Shown here: piece by piece, positions 51,324-64,000 of the stretch | Numbering within the stretch: the stretch's first letter is position 1 | Layout of the letters: the number at the start of each line of letters is the position of its first letter | Source of the DNA: Octopus vulgaris | Taxonomy: Eukaryota | Direction of reading: 5' to 3' | Assembly: GCA_951406725.2 (NCBI GenBank) | Contig: OX597818.1 | Span: forward strand, 39,246,001-39,310,000 | Length of the DNA stretch: 64,000 nt | Notes under the pieces: generated by a model | Database searches by the model: none | Told to the model about the DNA's origin: nothing | The model's input: only the letters and a program-made list of their open reading frames with translations | Made by a program: the position numbers and the translations under genes

Positions 51324-51503
51324 GCCATCATAACTGCCATAGATAATGGTCAACCCCCAAAATCCAACTCAACAACGTTGCGATTCAATATCAAAGAAAC
51401 ACTAAAACCAGTCTTTAGACAAAGTAGCTACAACGTTACTATAGAAGAGACTGAAATTGTAAATACATTTGTCATTGGAACTGGTGTCACTTCACCAAAT
51501 CCG
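51324..51503 (+). CDS. Cadherin-repeat exon A13
   Basis: ttgtag|GCC...CCG|gtatgt; AIITAIDNGQPPKSNSTTLRFNIKETLKPVFRQSSYNVTIEETEIVNTFVIGTGVTSPNP. Confidence 0.92.
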
Positions 51504-51807
51504 GTATGTATCATAACAAATTCTCAATGATTTGAAAAAGGATGTGATTTGTTTCTTTTTGATTTTATAAACTGAAAAGCCTTCTTCTAGTTTTCTATTA
51601 GAGTGAATAATGGTTACTTAGTAAGCACTGTGTTTTGTGTGTGTAAGTATGTATAATCATTTAAAATCCAGAGGTGAGAGACAAAATTTAATCCTGCATG
51701 CTTACAGCTGTTTCATAATTCACTTTCAGTTGCATCTTACATCATTGTCTCTGATTTGAAGGTGCATACACATTGTATACATATCACATACACCTTATAT
51801 ACATACC

Positions 51808-51852
<45 letters not shown>

Positions 51853-51857
51853 CTGCA

Positions 51858-52128
51858 TATCATCAACATCATCATCGTTTAACGTCCGCTTTCCATGCTA
51901 GCATCAGTTGGACGATTTGATTGAGGACTGGCAAACCTGATGGCTGCACCAGGCTCCGATCTTGATCTGGTAGAGATTCTACAGCTGGATGCCCTTCCTA
52001 ACACCAACCACTCCAAGAATATAGTGGGTGCTTTTACATGCCACCGGCATGAGGGCTAGTCAGGCAGCAATGGCAATGATCTCGCTTGAATGTTTTTTCA
52101 CGTGCCACCAGTACAAGTGCCAGTAAGG

Positions 52129-52132
<4 letters not shown>
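51858..52132 (-). mobile_element. SINE group C
   Basis: catcatcgtttaacgtccgc..ggatgcccttcctaac. Confidence 0.87.
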
Positions 52133-52193
<61 letters not shown>

Positions 52194-52448
52194 ATGAGAG
52201 GTAATGGTGTCATTGAGACCCAAAGGTGTCAGGTAATGCTGAATAAGTGCTATAGACAGACCATAGTTGAGTTCCAGGTTCGATGATTATGTGAATAAGG
52301 GGTTCCACATTGGTCATATGTCAGCGCGTGTATATAAAATTTTTTTTCGTAATGAGATAAAAAACCAAGGCTGTGTAGATTTTAGAACATTTATAGATAG
52401 AAGGTCTTGCAACTGTTTTGCAGGATATTTATTATATCCCTTCATCAA

Positions 52449-53170
52449 AGACAGTGTGATAGGATGGTTAAGAAATAGTTCATTTAGATAAGATATAAAA
52501 TAGAGAGTGAGGTGGAGGAAAGAAAAGAAAATAGATGTGAGATATGTAGGGATATTGTATTTGTAGCTCCAGTTTTTTAGGTAAAGATTCCAATATCTTA
52601 TGAGTAAAATCCAATAGTATTTAAAATTGGTCATTCCAAGTATAGAGTCTATACACAGTGTTATTGAATCAAAGGTTTTATTTAAAGTGACCTAAAAATA
52701 GGAAGTGTATTAGTAAGGTCAAAATCCAGAGGTGAGAGACAAAATTTAATCCTGCATGCTTACAGCTGTTTCATAATTCACTTTCAGTTACATCTTACAT
52801 CATTGTCTCTGATTTGAAGGTGCATACACATTGTATACATTTCACATACACCTTATTTACATGCCTGCATATATATATATATATTCCTGTTTTCAATTTG
52901 ACCCTACTAATACATCCCCTATCTTTAGGTCACTTTAAATAAAACCTTTGATTCAATAACACTGTGTATAAACTCTATACTTGGAATGACCAATTTTAAA
53001 TACTATTCGATTTTACTCATAGGTATTGGATTCTTTGCCTAAAAAAATGGATCTACAAATACAATATCCCTACATATCTCACATCTATTTTCTTTTCTTT
53101 CCTCCACCTCACTCTCTATTTTATATCTTATCTAAATGAACTATTTCTTAACCAGCCTATCACACTGTCT
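52449..53170. repeat. ~275-bp inverted repeat (52449-52723 / 52897-53170) whose spacer duplicates 51663-51825
   Basis: Arms align by eye with few mismatches; direct duplicate has a constant offset of 1058. Confidence 0.9.
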
Positions 53171-54076
53171 AGGTGCAATCCCATGGTCATTCATAACCGA
53201 AGGGGGTCACAATTTCTTGATGCATCTATCTTCCTTCATATGCTTTACATGTCCCTACCAGTTTTCTTTTGCTCACTACATCTTTTACCTCGTATACCCA
53301 GTTTTTCTATCAAATGACTTATACTTTGTTGTATATACACACTGACATGATCCATCCAGCAGAGCATACTGGCTTCATTTGGACAGCCACAACCCATGTC
53401 TCATTGCTATGTAGCATAGCAATTTGTACACAAGCATCATACCATCTGCCTTTCAATCTGAGGAAGAGGCCCTTTACTACTAACAGAGGTAGTAGCTGTC
53501 ATGCTAAAATATACATTCAGTGACAATTTATATCAAACTGGTCACCAACTAATTCCACCACAGACATCCCACCTATTTTTCGATTGGTAGGGTACGTCTG
53601 AGTTTCATTTGGTTTGATTCTACTGTTGCACATATTGAATGTTGTTATACATCACTGATCACAATGCTCTTTACATTGTTTTAGCCACTGAATGATGCTA
53701 CCCCACTGACTAAGTGAGCAGGTCACTAGATGGCTATTCATTGCAGGGTTACTCATTTACAGCTAAGTGGTCTGAAGCAATATGAAATTAAGTCTAATGG
53801 TCTATCAGATAATAGAATGCCTTTTTGTTCTGTCCAATGCAGAAAATGCTCACAGGTACCTTTGAATGCACCTAGTCGTATTATGTTAGAAATCATTATT
53901 ACTATTTCTTCCATCTCTTTACATTTTCAGTTCAAGCACCATCAAGGTCAACTTTTCCTTTGGTGGGTTGATAAAATAGATTATCAGTTTTGTACTGGGG
54001 CTGATGGTATCAGCTACTCACCCTCTCCTCAAAATTGCTGCCCTGGTGTCTAAACCATTATTATTATTATAAGCAT

Positions 54077-54116
<40 letters not shown>

Positions 54117-54151
54117 TGTTGTTGTTGTTGTTGCAGCAACAGCAGCAACAA

Positions 54152-54535
54152 GTGGAGGTGCAATGGCCCAGTGGTTAGGGCAGCAGACTCACGGTTGGAG
54201 GATCGCAGTTTCAATTCCCAGACTGGGCATTGTGTGTGTTTATTGAGCAAAAATACCTAAAGCTCCACGAGGCTCCGGCAGGGGGTGGTGGTGACCCCTG
54301 TTGTACTCTTTCACTCCAACTTTCTCTCACTCTTTCTTCCTGTTTCTTGTCCCCGACTTTCTACGCAGCGCTGAGCCTGGATGCGCATTCATTCATCCGT
54401 TGATGCTCTCGGTGTCGGGAGTTAACCTGCTTTCTCTTCTGCGGATCTTACGAATAGCAAAGGACAACATTTCAGACTTCTCCTACCTTGTGAGCTCTGG
54501 GACAAAGACCGCTTCGCTCAACAAACAAACAAACA
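54152..54535 (+). mobile_element. Group D SINE, tail type 3, (CAAA)n end
   Basis: Same ~190-bp 5' part as 42238 and 50187, different 3' half. Confidence 0.85.
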
Positions 54536-54789
54536 ACAGCAGTAATGGTTATGTTTGTAGAAATTTCTAGAAAAAATTTTTCAAAAAGTAAAGAATTTTG
54601 TTTCTGATCAATAAACACAATACCAGCTTGATAACAACCTACTATATGCTGTGATTTGCTACACATCACATTTACTTCCCAATATTCCTCACATTCCTAT
54701 GTTTGGGATGTAACTTCTAAGAGAAACCTCTCAGTATGTAATGATTTACACTGCTTTATCTAATTCTTTTATTTTATTTCTTTTTTAAG

Positions 54790-54909
54790 CTTCTATTTAA
54801 TTATAGAATCATCGGAGAAGGTTCTGCTCCAAGTTACTTCAAAGTTGATAGAAATGGGCAAATTTATGTTCGTACTGACCTCAAGACTGGACGTGAAATG
54901 GGATATACT
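54790..54909 (+). CDS. Cadherin-repeat exon B13
   Basis: tttaag|CTT...ACT|gtaagt (AAG acceptor; the downstream TAG at 54806 would be out of frame); LLFNYRIIGEGSAPSYFKVDRNGQIYVRTDLKTGREMGYT. Confidence 0.88.
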
Positions 54910-55211
54910 GTAAGTATTTATAAAATTATTTATAAATATATATATATGTATGTATGATTGAAAATATATTTACTTATCTATAAGTTATTTTATTCACAAC
55001 TTAAAGCTAAGGCAAACATGCCTGATTACGTTTCAGACAAGTTTGATTATTGATTCAATAATAAGATTTTTGCAGAAATATCTTATAGTTTCTGCTTGTA
55101 AAATTTTAAGTCAAATGTTTGCTCTCTGTAATTGTTCAATTTGCTAGAAATGGCAGTCAAATCTCTCTCGTATCACATTCATCATCATAAGGAAAATTGG
55201 AAAAAGATACC

Positions 55212-55614
55212 TGATTGGCAGCTGATTTGGCAGACACCCATAAAATTATTAACCATCTTACAAACAATGACTCTGAGCACCTTTTCAAACTCCACCTGTC
55301 TAACACCCGTGGACATGTTTGCAAAGTCAGAAAACAGCACAGCTCCTATGACTTTTGGAAACATTTTTTCACACTAAGAGTTGCCGAAGCATGGAACAGA
55401 CTGCCGGCATCAGTTGTTAGTTGTCAGAGCACTGCATCCTTCAAAACTTCCATGCTTCCTGATTTTCCCCCCTCCATACACACACAAGCATGTATCTGAC
55501 TCATACACTGTTCACTTTCCAGATATTTGTACATTACTGCATATGCTTTATATGCACTTTTGACAAGTTGTGGTGCACCTGAGCACTGTATACAATAATT
55601 TCATTATTATTATT
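55212..55614 (+). mobile_element. CR1-like LINE 3' end with (ATT)n tail
   Basis: DLADTHKII..TRGHVCKVRK..KHFFTLRVAEAWNRLPASVV..FK matches CR1 ORF2 C-terminal motifs. Confidence 0.85.
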
Positions 55615-55940
55615 GGCCGTTGCCAGTGCTGCCCCGACTGGCCTCGTGCCGGTGGCACGTAAAATGCACCATCCATTCGTGGCCATTGCCAGCCTTGCCT
55701 GGCCCCCCCGTGCCGGTGGCATGTAAAAAGTACCATCCGATCGTGGCCGTTTGCCAGCCTCATCTGGCACGTAAAAAGCACCCACTACACTCACGGAGTG
55801 GTTGGCATTAGGAAGGGAATCCAGCCGTAGAAACATTGCCAGATCAGACTGGGCCTGGTGCAGCCTTCTGGCTTCCCAGACCCCAGTTGAACCGTCCAAC
55901 CCATGCTAGCATGGAAAGCGGACGCTAAACGATGATGATT
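55615..55940 (+). mobile_element. SINE group C inserted in the LINE (ATT)n tail
   Basis: Core, tail and (att)n on both sides. Confidence 0.9.
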
Positions 55941-56468
55941 ATTATTATTATTATTATTATACTTGATCAAAAAAAATTCAAGATGGTCAGATCAAAAATA
56001 CTCTTGAACATAGGTCAGCTTGATCAAAGCTGAGCCAAAGTTAAAAGCAATAACTTATAAGATTCAAGGCAACTATATCCCTGCTCGTGATTATCAGGGT
56101 GGAGATGGCTATCCGCAAGTGCAAGCCTCATGAATCAGAGCAGTTGTTCCAGTGCATCTCCATTGCATCCTCCAGGGCAACATCTTTTCTGTTTTGTCTG
56201 CTGGGACTATGTGATGTCTGAATTACAAGAAATTGTACATTCTGCTTTGTAATGTAAAGTACTTAGAAGCTATTCATCAAACTGTTAATTTACTGTAAAT
56301 GTGTTATTTCAATTAGATATCTGAATTTTTATATTTGTAAAACATCTGCTCTTAATGTTCTTCAAGTAAAATCATGCTTTCTTCTTTGGTCATATCTTTA
56401 CTAGAAGAAAACGGTAAAATGGAACTATAAAAATCTATTATGAATATTCTCTTAAAATGTTTTAAGTA

Positions 56469-57028
56469 TTGTGTTGTCCGGAAAGTTTGTGCCGATTTAT
56501 AGTAGCTTACCTTTTGACTTATTTTAGAACATGGTTGAGTCCATAAAATAGGATTTGACTACATCTCCATTTAGAGCACAGTTTAAGCTATCTTTTCGTG
56601 GAAGAAGGTTTATGTTCCTATTAGCTGTGTTAATTCTGTAACCCTTTAAAATGGAAGATAAGAAAGTTCATTTTCGGCACTTGATGCTTTGGGAACCAGA
56701 CAAAAATTGCTGCAGCTCGGCTGGGATGTGTTACTCCACCCTCCATATTCACCAGATATTACTCCTTCGGATTTCCACTTATTCGGGTCTCTGCAGAATA
56801 GTCTTAATGGTAAAAATTTCAATTCCTTGGATGACGTAAAAAGATATCTTGATGAATTCTTTGCCATGAAACCACCTAAATTCTGGGAAGAGGGTATTTT
56901 CAAGTTAAAGGAAAGATGAAGATGCATTGTGCATGGTTCATATTTGGTTGATTAAAAATGTAATGGGAAGTATTTATTGACCTTTTTCTTTCCTTTAAAA
57001 ATCGGCATGAACTTTCCGGACAACCCAA
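56469..57028 (+). mobile_element. Non-autonomous mariner (internal deletion derivative) with intact TIRs
   Basis: TA|ttgtgttgtccggaaagtttgtgccgattt ... aaatcggcatgaactttccggacaacccaa|TA; MEDKKVHFRHLMLWE fused to TRQKLLQLGWDVLLHPPYSPDITPSDFHLFGSLQN. Confidence 0.93.
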
Positions 57029-57156
57029 TATAAGTGAAGTAACCAAGTGAACAAATGACATGCTTTCTAAGAATTTATGTGGCTATAGGGGAAAAGAAAA
57101 TTCAATTTTACATTGTCCAACCCATACCAGCATGAACAACAAATATTAAATGACAA

Positions 57157-57157
<1 letters not shown>

Positions 57158-57255
<98 letters not shown>

Positions 57256-57272
57256 GGAGGAGGAGGAGGAGG
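57158..57272. repeat. (GCT)n(GAT)n(GAG)n compound trinucleotide repeat
   Basis: Directly visible; expanded tail of a group C SINE remnant. Confidence 0.95.
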
Positions 57273-57805
57273 ATTGCTTCAACTTACCAATATTTGAGAT
57301 ATTGGTGCTAGGCTTATTCTAGATAAAGTTAGTGCATGTTAGAATTGCAACTTCTGCAGGAATATATTGACCTCTTTAATGCTATATTCATCATTGATAA
57401 CCTCTGAATGTTACTGTCTTGAATTCTAGTATTCATAAAGCTGGTAACCAGTTTCCGTGACATATAAATGTGTGAGATCACAACACTCCCTCCAAATGGG
57501 ATGCGAGTCCATCGTGGGGTTACTCATTTTCAGCTGGGTGGACTGGAACACAACGCTAAATGAAGTGCTTTACTCAAAAACACAATCCACCACCCTGTCT
57601 TGTGATCATGAGGGCAACATCCAAACCGCTAGTTAAACTTAAATCATTTCAGGATCGATTTCTGTGGTCCACGGAAGTATTAATTTTACATATAATTTTC
57701 ATAATCATTTATTACTTCAAGTGATATCAAAATAACTGAAGGTCTCAGTTCTTTGGTTTATCTGTTGTATGTAATCTTTTCATATATGTCACTTTTCTCT
57801 TTTAG

Positions 57806-57988
57806 TTGATTGTTGAAGCTTATAATCCACAATATCCTTCAAACAAAGACACCACAAAGATCTACATCAAGATGAGTAGGAATGTTAATTCTCCAAGCTT
57901 TCAGTTACCATCTTATAGATTCCAGACCAATTCTCTTTCAAAACTAGGAACAATAGTTGGAAAGATTCAAGCAGTTGATAATGACAAT
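57806..57988 (+). CDS. Cadherin-repeat exon A14
   Basis: ttttag|TTG...AAT|gtaagt; LIVEAYNPQYPSNKDTTKIYIKMSRNVNSPSFQLPSYRFQTNSLSKLGTIVGKIQAVDNDN. Confidence 0.93.
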
Positions 57989-58443
57989 GTAAGTAATTTC
58001 ATTTTCTAATGTATAGAGAGGAGGGTTAAGAGAGAGAGAGAGAGAGAGAGATAGTGCATATGTGTGTGTATGTGTATGTATGTGTGCATGTCTGTATGTG
58101 TGTGTGTGACAGAAAGAGAGAGAGAGATGGAGTATGCATGCATGCATGAATGTATGTGTGATTACGAGAGAGGTAGTTAACGAAAGTTTTGTTGTGGCAA
58201 GTTATTTTTATTTTCCTAATTTTCCATAATTTCCGCTTATATAAAACAAAACAAGCTCCTTAGTTTAAAGGTCTGTATAATGGTTATCAGCTAGTGCATT
58301 AAATAAGAGATTTAGTTCCAAATCCATTTTATTTCTATGCAATAGGTTGTATGATGTGGGTTTTAGTTCATTGTTTTCACTGTGGTATGAAAATAAATTA
58401 CTGAATCAACCACTTTGCCAGAAATAAGAGTGCATCTGAGCAC

Positions 58444-58692
58444 TCATCATCATCATCATCATCATCGTTTAACGTCCGTTTTCCGCGCTAGCACGGGTTG
58501 GACGGTTTCGACCGGGGTCTGGGGAGCTCGGGACTGCCCCAGGCTCCAATCTAGTCTGGCAGTGTTTCTACAGCTGGATGCCCTTCCTAACGCCAACCAC
58601 TCCGCGAGTGTAGTGGGTGTTTTTTTACGTGCCACCTGCACAGGTGCCAGAGGGGTCTGGCAACGGCCACGTTCGGATGGTGCTTTTTATGT
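58444..58692 (-). mobile_element. SINE group C
   Basis: Core and tail; CpG-rich. Confidence 0.88.
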
Positions 58693-59118
58693 GGGGGGGT
58701 GGTGCAGAAATATAGGGGAGCACCAGTGGGGAGGGGTGGTTCAGAGAAATGATGACAGGTTCTAGGCAAGTAGAACGTAGGATATCGAGAGAGGGGTAAT
58801 GCATGGTGAAATAGCGTATTGAAGAGGGGGTTCGAAGAGTAGACACCTATAATGGTGGTGGGAGAAGCGACATCCGGTATAGATGGAGCAAAATATAGAG
58901 ATATCCAGTATTGGTGGTGGGGTGGGCAGGGCGGGTGAAGATACGAAGTTTGATTTTAGACGAATGAAGATAGATAGATAGATAGATAGAGAAATTAGAT
59001 AGATAGAGAAATTTGATAAATAGTTAGACAGATAGAGAAACATAAATAAATGGTAACCGAAGTGAAAATTAAGCATTCAACTTATCTGCACTCAGGACTA
59101 CAGCTTGTAGATGAATGA

Positions 59119-59152
<34 letters not shown>

Positions 59153-59375
59153 ACATATGTGTATTAGAGGGGACATACTTCAAGATGGCGCGAAGATACG
59201 AAGTTTGATTTTAGACGAATGTAGATAGATAGATAGATAGATAGATAGAGAAATTAGATAGATAGAGAAATTTGATAAATAGTTAGACAGATAGAGAAAC
59301 ATAAGAGGGAGTATCCGGTGTAGATGGTGAGAACAGTGTTCACCGGTATTGGTGGTGGGGGTGGGAGGGCGGGCG

Positions 59376-60131
59376 CACCGCGCATTGGGAGAAGATGAGG
59401 TTTTAGGCGGCAGAAAGAAGACAGGATTGAGATGAAATGCTTTGCGGTGTGTGAATAAGTTTTTGTGAGTGAAAGTTTTCATGCTTCTATGCTTCAGCTA
59501 GCATTTGAGACGAAAGACAACGATAACGCTATTAGATGGGGATACAATAATAATAAGGCTTGCAAAAACAATGAAAAGAGGAAACAGGTCGGGAACTTAG
59601 CTGATGTTTTTCATCCTGCGGTATTGGCTAAGCCTGTGGAAGCGAGTGAAGGTGAGATATATACCGAGAGAGAGAGAGAGAGAGACAGTGAAAACAGAGG
59701 GAGAACCGACACCACATAGCGAGAGAGAGAGAGAGAGAGACATAGTGACACCGCGCATTGGGAGAAGATGAGGTTTTAGGCGGCAGAAAGAAGACAGGAT
59801 TGAGATGAAATGCTTTGCGGTGTGTGAATAAGTTTTTGTGAGTGAAAGTTTTCATGCTTCTATGCTTCAGCTAGCATTTGAGACGAAAGACAACGATAAC
59901 GCTATTAGATGGGGATACAATAATAATAAGGCTTGCAAAAACAATGAAAAGAGGAAACAGGTCGGGAACTTAGCTGATGTTTTTCATCCTGCGGTATTGG
60001 CTAAGCCTGTGGAAGCGAGTGAAGGTGAGATATATACCGAGAGAGAGAGAGAGAGAGACAGTGAAAACAGAGGGAGAACCGACACCACATAGCGAGAGAG
60101 AGAGAGAGAGAGACATAGTGACACCGCGCAT
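59376..60131. repeat. Apparently perfect 373-bp tandem duplication (59376-59748, 59749-60121, plus a 10-bp third start)
   Basis: Identical ORFs 59465-59719 and 59838-60092; (GA)n tracts of equal length. Confidence 0.95.
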
Positions 60132-60173
60132 GCACTATACATAATAATTTCATTATTGTTGTTGTTGTTGTTA

Positions 60174-60208
<35 letters not shown>

Positions 60209-62047
60209 GAGTGAGAGAGCAGTGCATGCCATCAAAGTGACACTGGGGTAAAATATATGGAGCCCAGTATACCCATCAGGACTACCCGTCTGATAAGTGT
60301 ACACCAGGCACATGCATCACAACCATATGTGTGCGACATGGTGATCTCATATCAAGATAAACAGTGCATGACCTTGCAGGTGGGCCCAGTTAGAATTTTC
60401 TTCTGGTCGAGTAGCCCATCTCGCTCAAAAGGTCTGGGGTCTCCTGCCCCTAAGCCCTAGACCATCACCTAATCACCCTTACCCGTCTTGTTGCTTAACA
60501 ACAACAACAGGGCATAGAATAACTGAAGGACCATTTCAATGAGTGTGTGTATCTGAGAGGGGAATTTGTTGAATAAAATCAGGATTAGCTGATCCTCCTG
60601 TATTTTCTTTCATCCAAAGCCAGGAAATTTTAGGCATCTCCTCATATATATGCATGTATGCATAAGTGTACATCCGTGTTAATATTGCATGTTTGTTGTA
60701 AATGAATGTCATTCCTTTCTAATATTCTGCAAAAACATGTTGGGCCATGTAAAAATATTACCTTGCTTAGAAACAGGTAAAGGTTAGTTAGGGGAAAAAC
60801 ATGCAACTGTAACGATTTTAGATTGATTGGTAAACAATATTATAATTGCACACTGTAGGATGTGAAAGAACAAAGTGTATAAAGTTTTAAGAAAGTATTT
60901 ATTTACCATTACGTTACAATACCTAGCCTCGATGGGCAGGTTGATAAATCCAAAAGCATGCGAAAGTTAAATACGGTAGAATGTTTGTGTTTGTGTCCTC
61001 TTCATTGTTTAGTAGTACTAATTGCTGAGAGAGATAGAATGATGTTGTAAGAGAACAGAATTAGAGCTAGAGAGAAGTGTTGGGTGTTGTCTGACAGTAA
61101 ACTTCATTTTTCCCTCTGACCAAGGTTGGTCAGCCAGACCTCACTGGGTCGTCATGATGTGACTGACTTGGTTGAGTTGTCGTCACCGGCTGGTGACTAA
61201 AACTGATTTTTGCTTGGGATGTGCTGGTTTATATAACTATCCAGAATGATAGATATATCATTGAGAACAATAGATTTAGTTGGTAGTCTTGTTATCTATT
61301 CTAGCTTTTGGTGAAGTAGAAGAGGTTAGAAAGGGTCAAGTAGTGAAGACATTATTTCGGCCTAGCTAAAGGCATCTGGAAAATGTAAAACTGCTGTCAG
61401 AGAAAAACCATTGTTCCATCGTGGGAAAAGTTCTGTTGCAGTATTAATTTGAATTTGTGGTGGATCGAATCCAATCCATGCATGCAAGATACACTACACA
61501 ACCATAGAAAATTTGTCTTGATAAAGTGGATATTAAAACAATGATGTTGATGATATTTTTATGTAGTAGTTCTACCATAGCCCTGGATTGAGATCTAAGT
61601 CTTGTAAGTGAAATTGGATTTCACCTATTCTTGTATGGTAGACTATCCCTTACCAGGTCTAACACCATTACTTGGCCTTCAGGTACCCCTAGTAGAAGAC
61701 CTGGTTTCTATCTGAAGATAATCTAAAAGTTAGTTTTTTTCTCCTTCTCCCATCAGCCTTTAAGACTCTGTACAGAGATTTGGATGCTGTCTGTCCCTCT
61801 CTGAATAAGCCAAAAGTTTTCTGAAGTTAATGTAGTCATGTGTCAATAATGTTTTATCCTTATTGTACATGACTGGTTTCTTAAAACACATTCATACTAT
61901 CATATTAATCATGACCCCATTGTCATTATTTACCTAAATTATTTTGTTTCTCAACTTTTACTTGTTTAGACTATATTTTGAGTAAATCATTTGGTAAGCA
62001 TATTTTACTCTTTCATTTCTTGATATTTTAATTTTCTTACCTTCCAG

Positions 62048-62167
62048 GATGTGCTAACTTATTCTATCATACAAACCAGTGATTGTCAGAAGTATTTCTA
62101 CATAAAACCAAGTACAGGAGAGATATTTGTACGAGAAGTGTTACCATCTACAAATAGAACATTTGAT
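62048..62167 (+). CDS. Cadherin-repeat exon B14
   Basis: ttccag|GAT...GAT|gtaagt; DVLTYSIIQTSDCQKYFYIKPSTGEIFVREVLPSTNRTFD. Confidence 0.92.
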
Positions 62168-62519
62168 GTAAGTACAGATTCAGATCAAGATCTATCTAAA
62201 CCTTAAATATGTTTTGTAGGTGTATGTGTGTGTATGTGATAAATTTGTCATGTTTTACTGTCCTATAAGTCTATTTGATTTATTTCGTAGAACTCATTTA
62301 AAAACTACATTATTTTACCTACAGATTGTAATGTGTGCTGTTGAGAGACCCTATATGTAGTGTGATCTGTTAGAAATATCAACTAAATCTTCTTCAAATC
62401 ACTTCCCATTGTCTTCTGTAAAGAAAATTTTACATAATATAGTTCTGCATATCCCTAAGTAGACAAGATGATTAAGGCTAGAAAGCCTTAGATTATAGGT
62501 TTGTCTAATCAGATAGTAT

Positions 62520-64000
62520 TTTCTTTTTTTATATGCCCAGGCCTATTCCCCATTTTTTTTAGGAGTGGGTAGCCACAAGACACACACCAGGTATTCCATT
62601 CATTTTTGAGCTCAAAGAGGTGGGCCCTGTGCTATGCTCAGGTCAGGTATAGAACACAACCTCCAATATCAGCAGCAGGGCCCGACAGCATATGCTGGTT
62701 TACTCCTGCCACATCATGCTGGTTCCACACCCCTTGAGTAACATCAAATTCACTCATCCATTCACAAACACTCTCCAAGCTTTCCTATCAGTTATAAACT
62801 CTCTTGCCTCTCTCATTCCAACATCTCTAACCACCAAAGCCTTCCTCACTCCATCCATCCACACAAACCAAAATCTACCTCTGGTTCTGCTGTCTACCAC
62901 TTCTGCCTTTATTACCCTCCTTACTATCTGCTCCTTATCCATCCTCTCCATGTGGCCAAACCACCTCAACATTCGTCTATCCATTTTAGTGTTAGTTTTT
63001 CTCTCATTCCTGCTCACCTTTGCACCTCCTCATTCCTCATCCTGTCCATCCATGCCACACCAACCATAGCCCTCAGACATCTAGTTGTCTCCTTTCTACC
63101 TTTCTTAGCCCCCACATCTCTGCACCATATAACATTGTCGGCACAATCACACCTTCATACACACCATTTTTGCTTTCATACTCAACCTTTTATCTCTCGG
63201 CATACCTTTCAAAACTCCAAGTATCTTACTCTCCTCCCTCACTCTGTATCCCACTTCTTCAGCCAACCCCCATTCACCGTCACTTGTAATCCCAGATACT
63301 TAAAACCACTCACCTCCTCTAACATTTTGCCATTTATACTCACATTTATCCTACCAGCCATTCCATCTCTCGAACATCTCATCACTTTACTCTTAGCTAC
63401 ATTCACTTTCAGTTTCCTCCTCTCACACCCTCTTCCAAACTCTGCCACCAGTCTCCCCAGTTGCTTTTCTGAATCCACCACCAGTGCTGTATCATCAGCA
63501 AACAACAACTGACTCACCTGCCATTTCTCTCCATTTTCTCCCACCATTTGGGCTCCCCTACCAAAGGTTCTAGCATTTACCTCTCTCACCACACCATCCA
63601 TATATAAATTAAACAGCCCCAGAGACATTACACAACCCTATCTTAACCCCACCTTCACATCAACCTACTCACTTACTTCCCCACCTACCCTAACACATGC
63701 CCTACTTTCTCTATAAAACCTCTGAACAGCTCTCAACAATCTACCATCTACTCCATACAACCGCAACACCTGCCACATTGCATCCCTATTCACACGGTCA
63801 TATGCCTTACCTAGGTCCATAAAGGCCCAATACACCTCCTTCTCTTTTGCAAAAAACTTCTTACTATAAATATTGGATCTGCACACTCACTTCCACTCTT
63901 AAAACTGCACTGCTCCTCCCCTAGTACACTCTCTATCTGGTTCCTCACCCTTACAATCAGAATTCTCCCCTACAGTTGATCAAACACACACAACAGACTT
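62520..64000 (-). mobile_element. RTE-clade LINE, RT and C-terminal region, decayed, runs off window
   Basis: AFMDLGKAYDRV; GCVMSLGLFNLYMD; LLFADDTALV; LKVNVAKSKVM; FKYLG; LRWFGHMERM. Confidence 0.93.

Noticed and set aside
57067-57322. Poly-Ala/Asp/Glu and poly-Ser ORFs
   Set aside because: Trinucleotide expansion of a SINE tail inside an intron

Overview
AT-rich eukaryotic animal DNA packed with microsatellites and SINEs. The SINE families look like octopus/coleoid ones; this is from recall, not a search. The whole window lies inside one very large + strand gene encoding tandem cadherin-like (EC) repeats. I read 28 GT-AG exons, all phase 0, alternating ~183-nt type A and ~114-135-nt type B exons. 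They join into ~1435 uninterrupted codons covering ~14 EC repeats; neither start nor stop is in the window. The repeats alternate in a two-domain (four-exon) super-repeat and lack the canonical DRE and DxNDN Ca2+-binding motifs. Introns hold four SINE groups, CR1/L2-like and RTE LINE fragments, four Tc1/mariner relics, MITEs, a short Helitron, foldbacks and Penelope-like relics. The most unusual non-coding item is a minimal type-I hammerhead ribozyme with an intact core (9624-9666). It sits in a circularly permuted ~351-nt unit with an inverted junction-spanning copy, a retrozyme-like geometry. Several decayed hammerheads occur elsewhere. Most ORFs in the supplied track are microsatellite or repeat artefacts.
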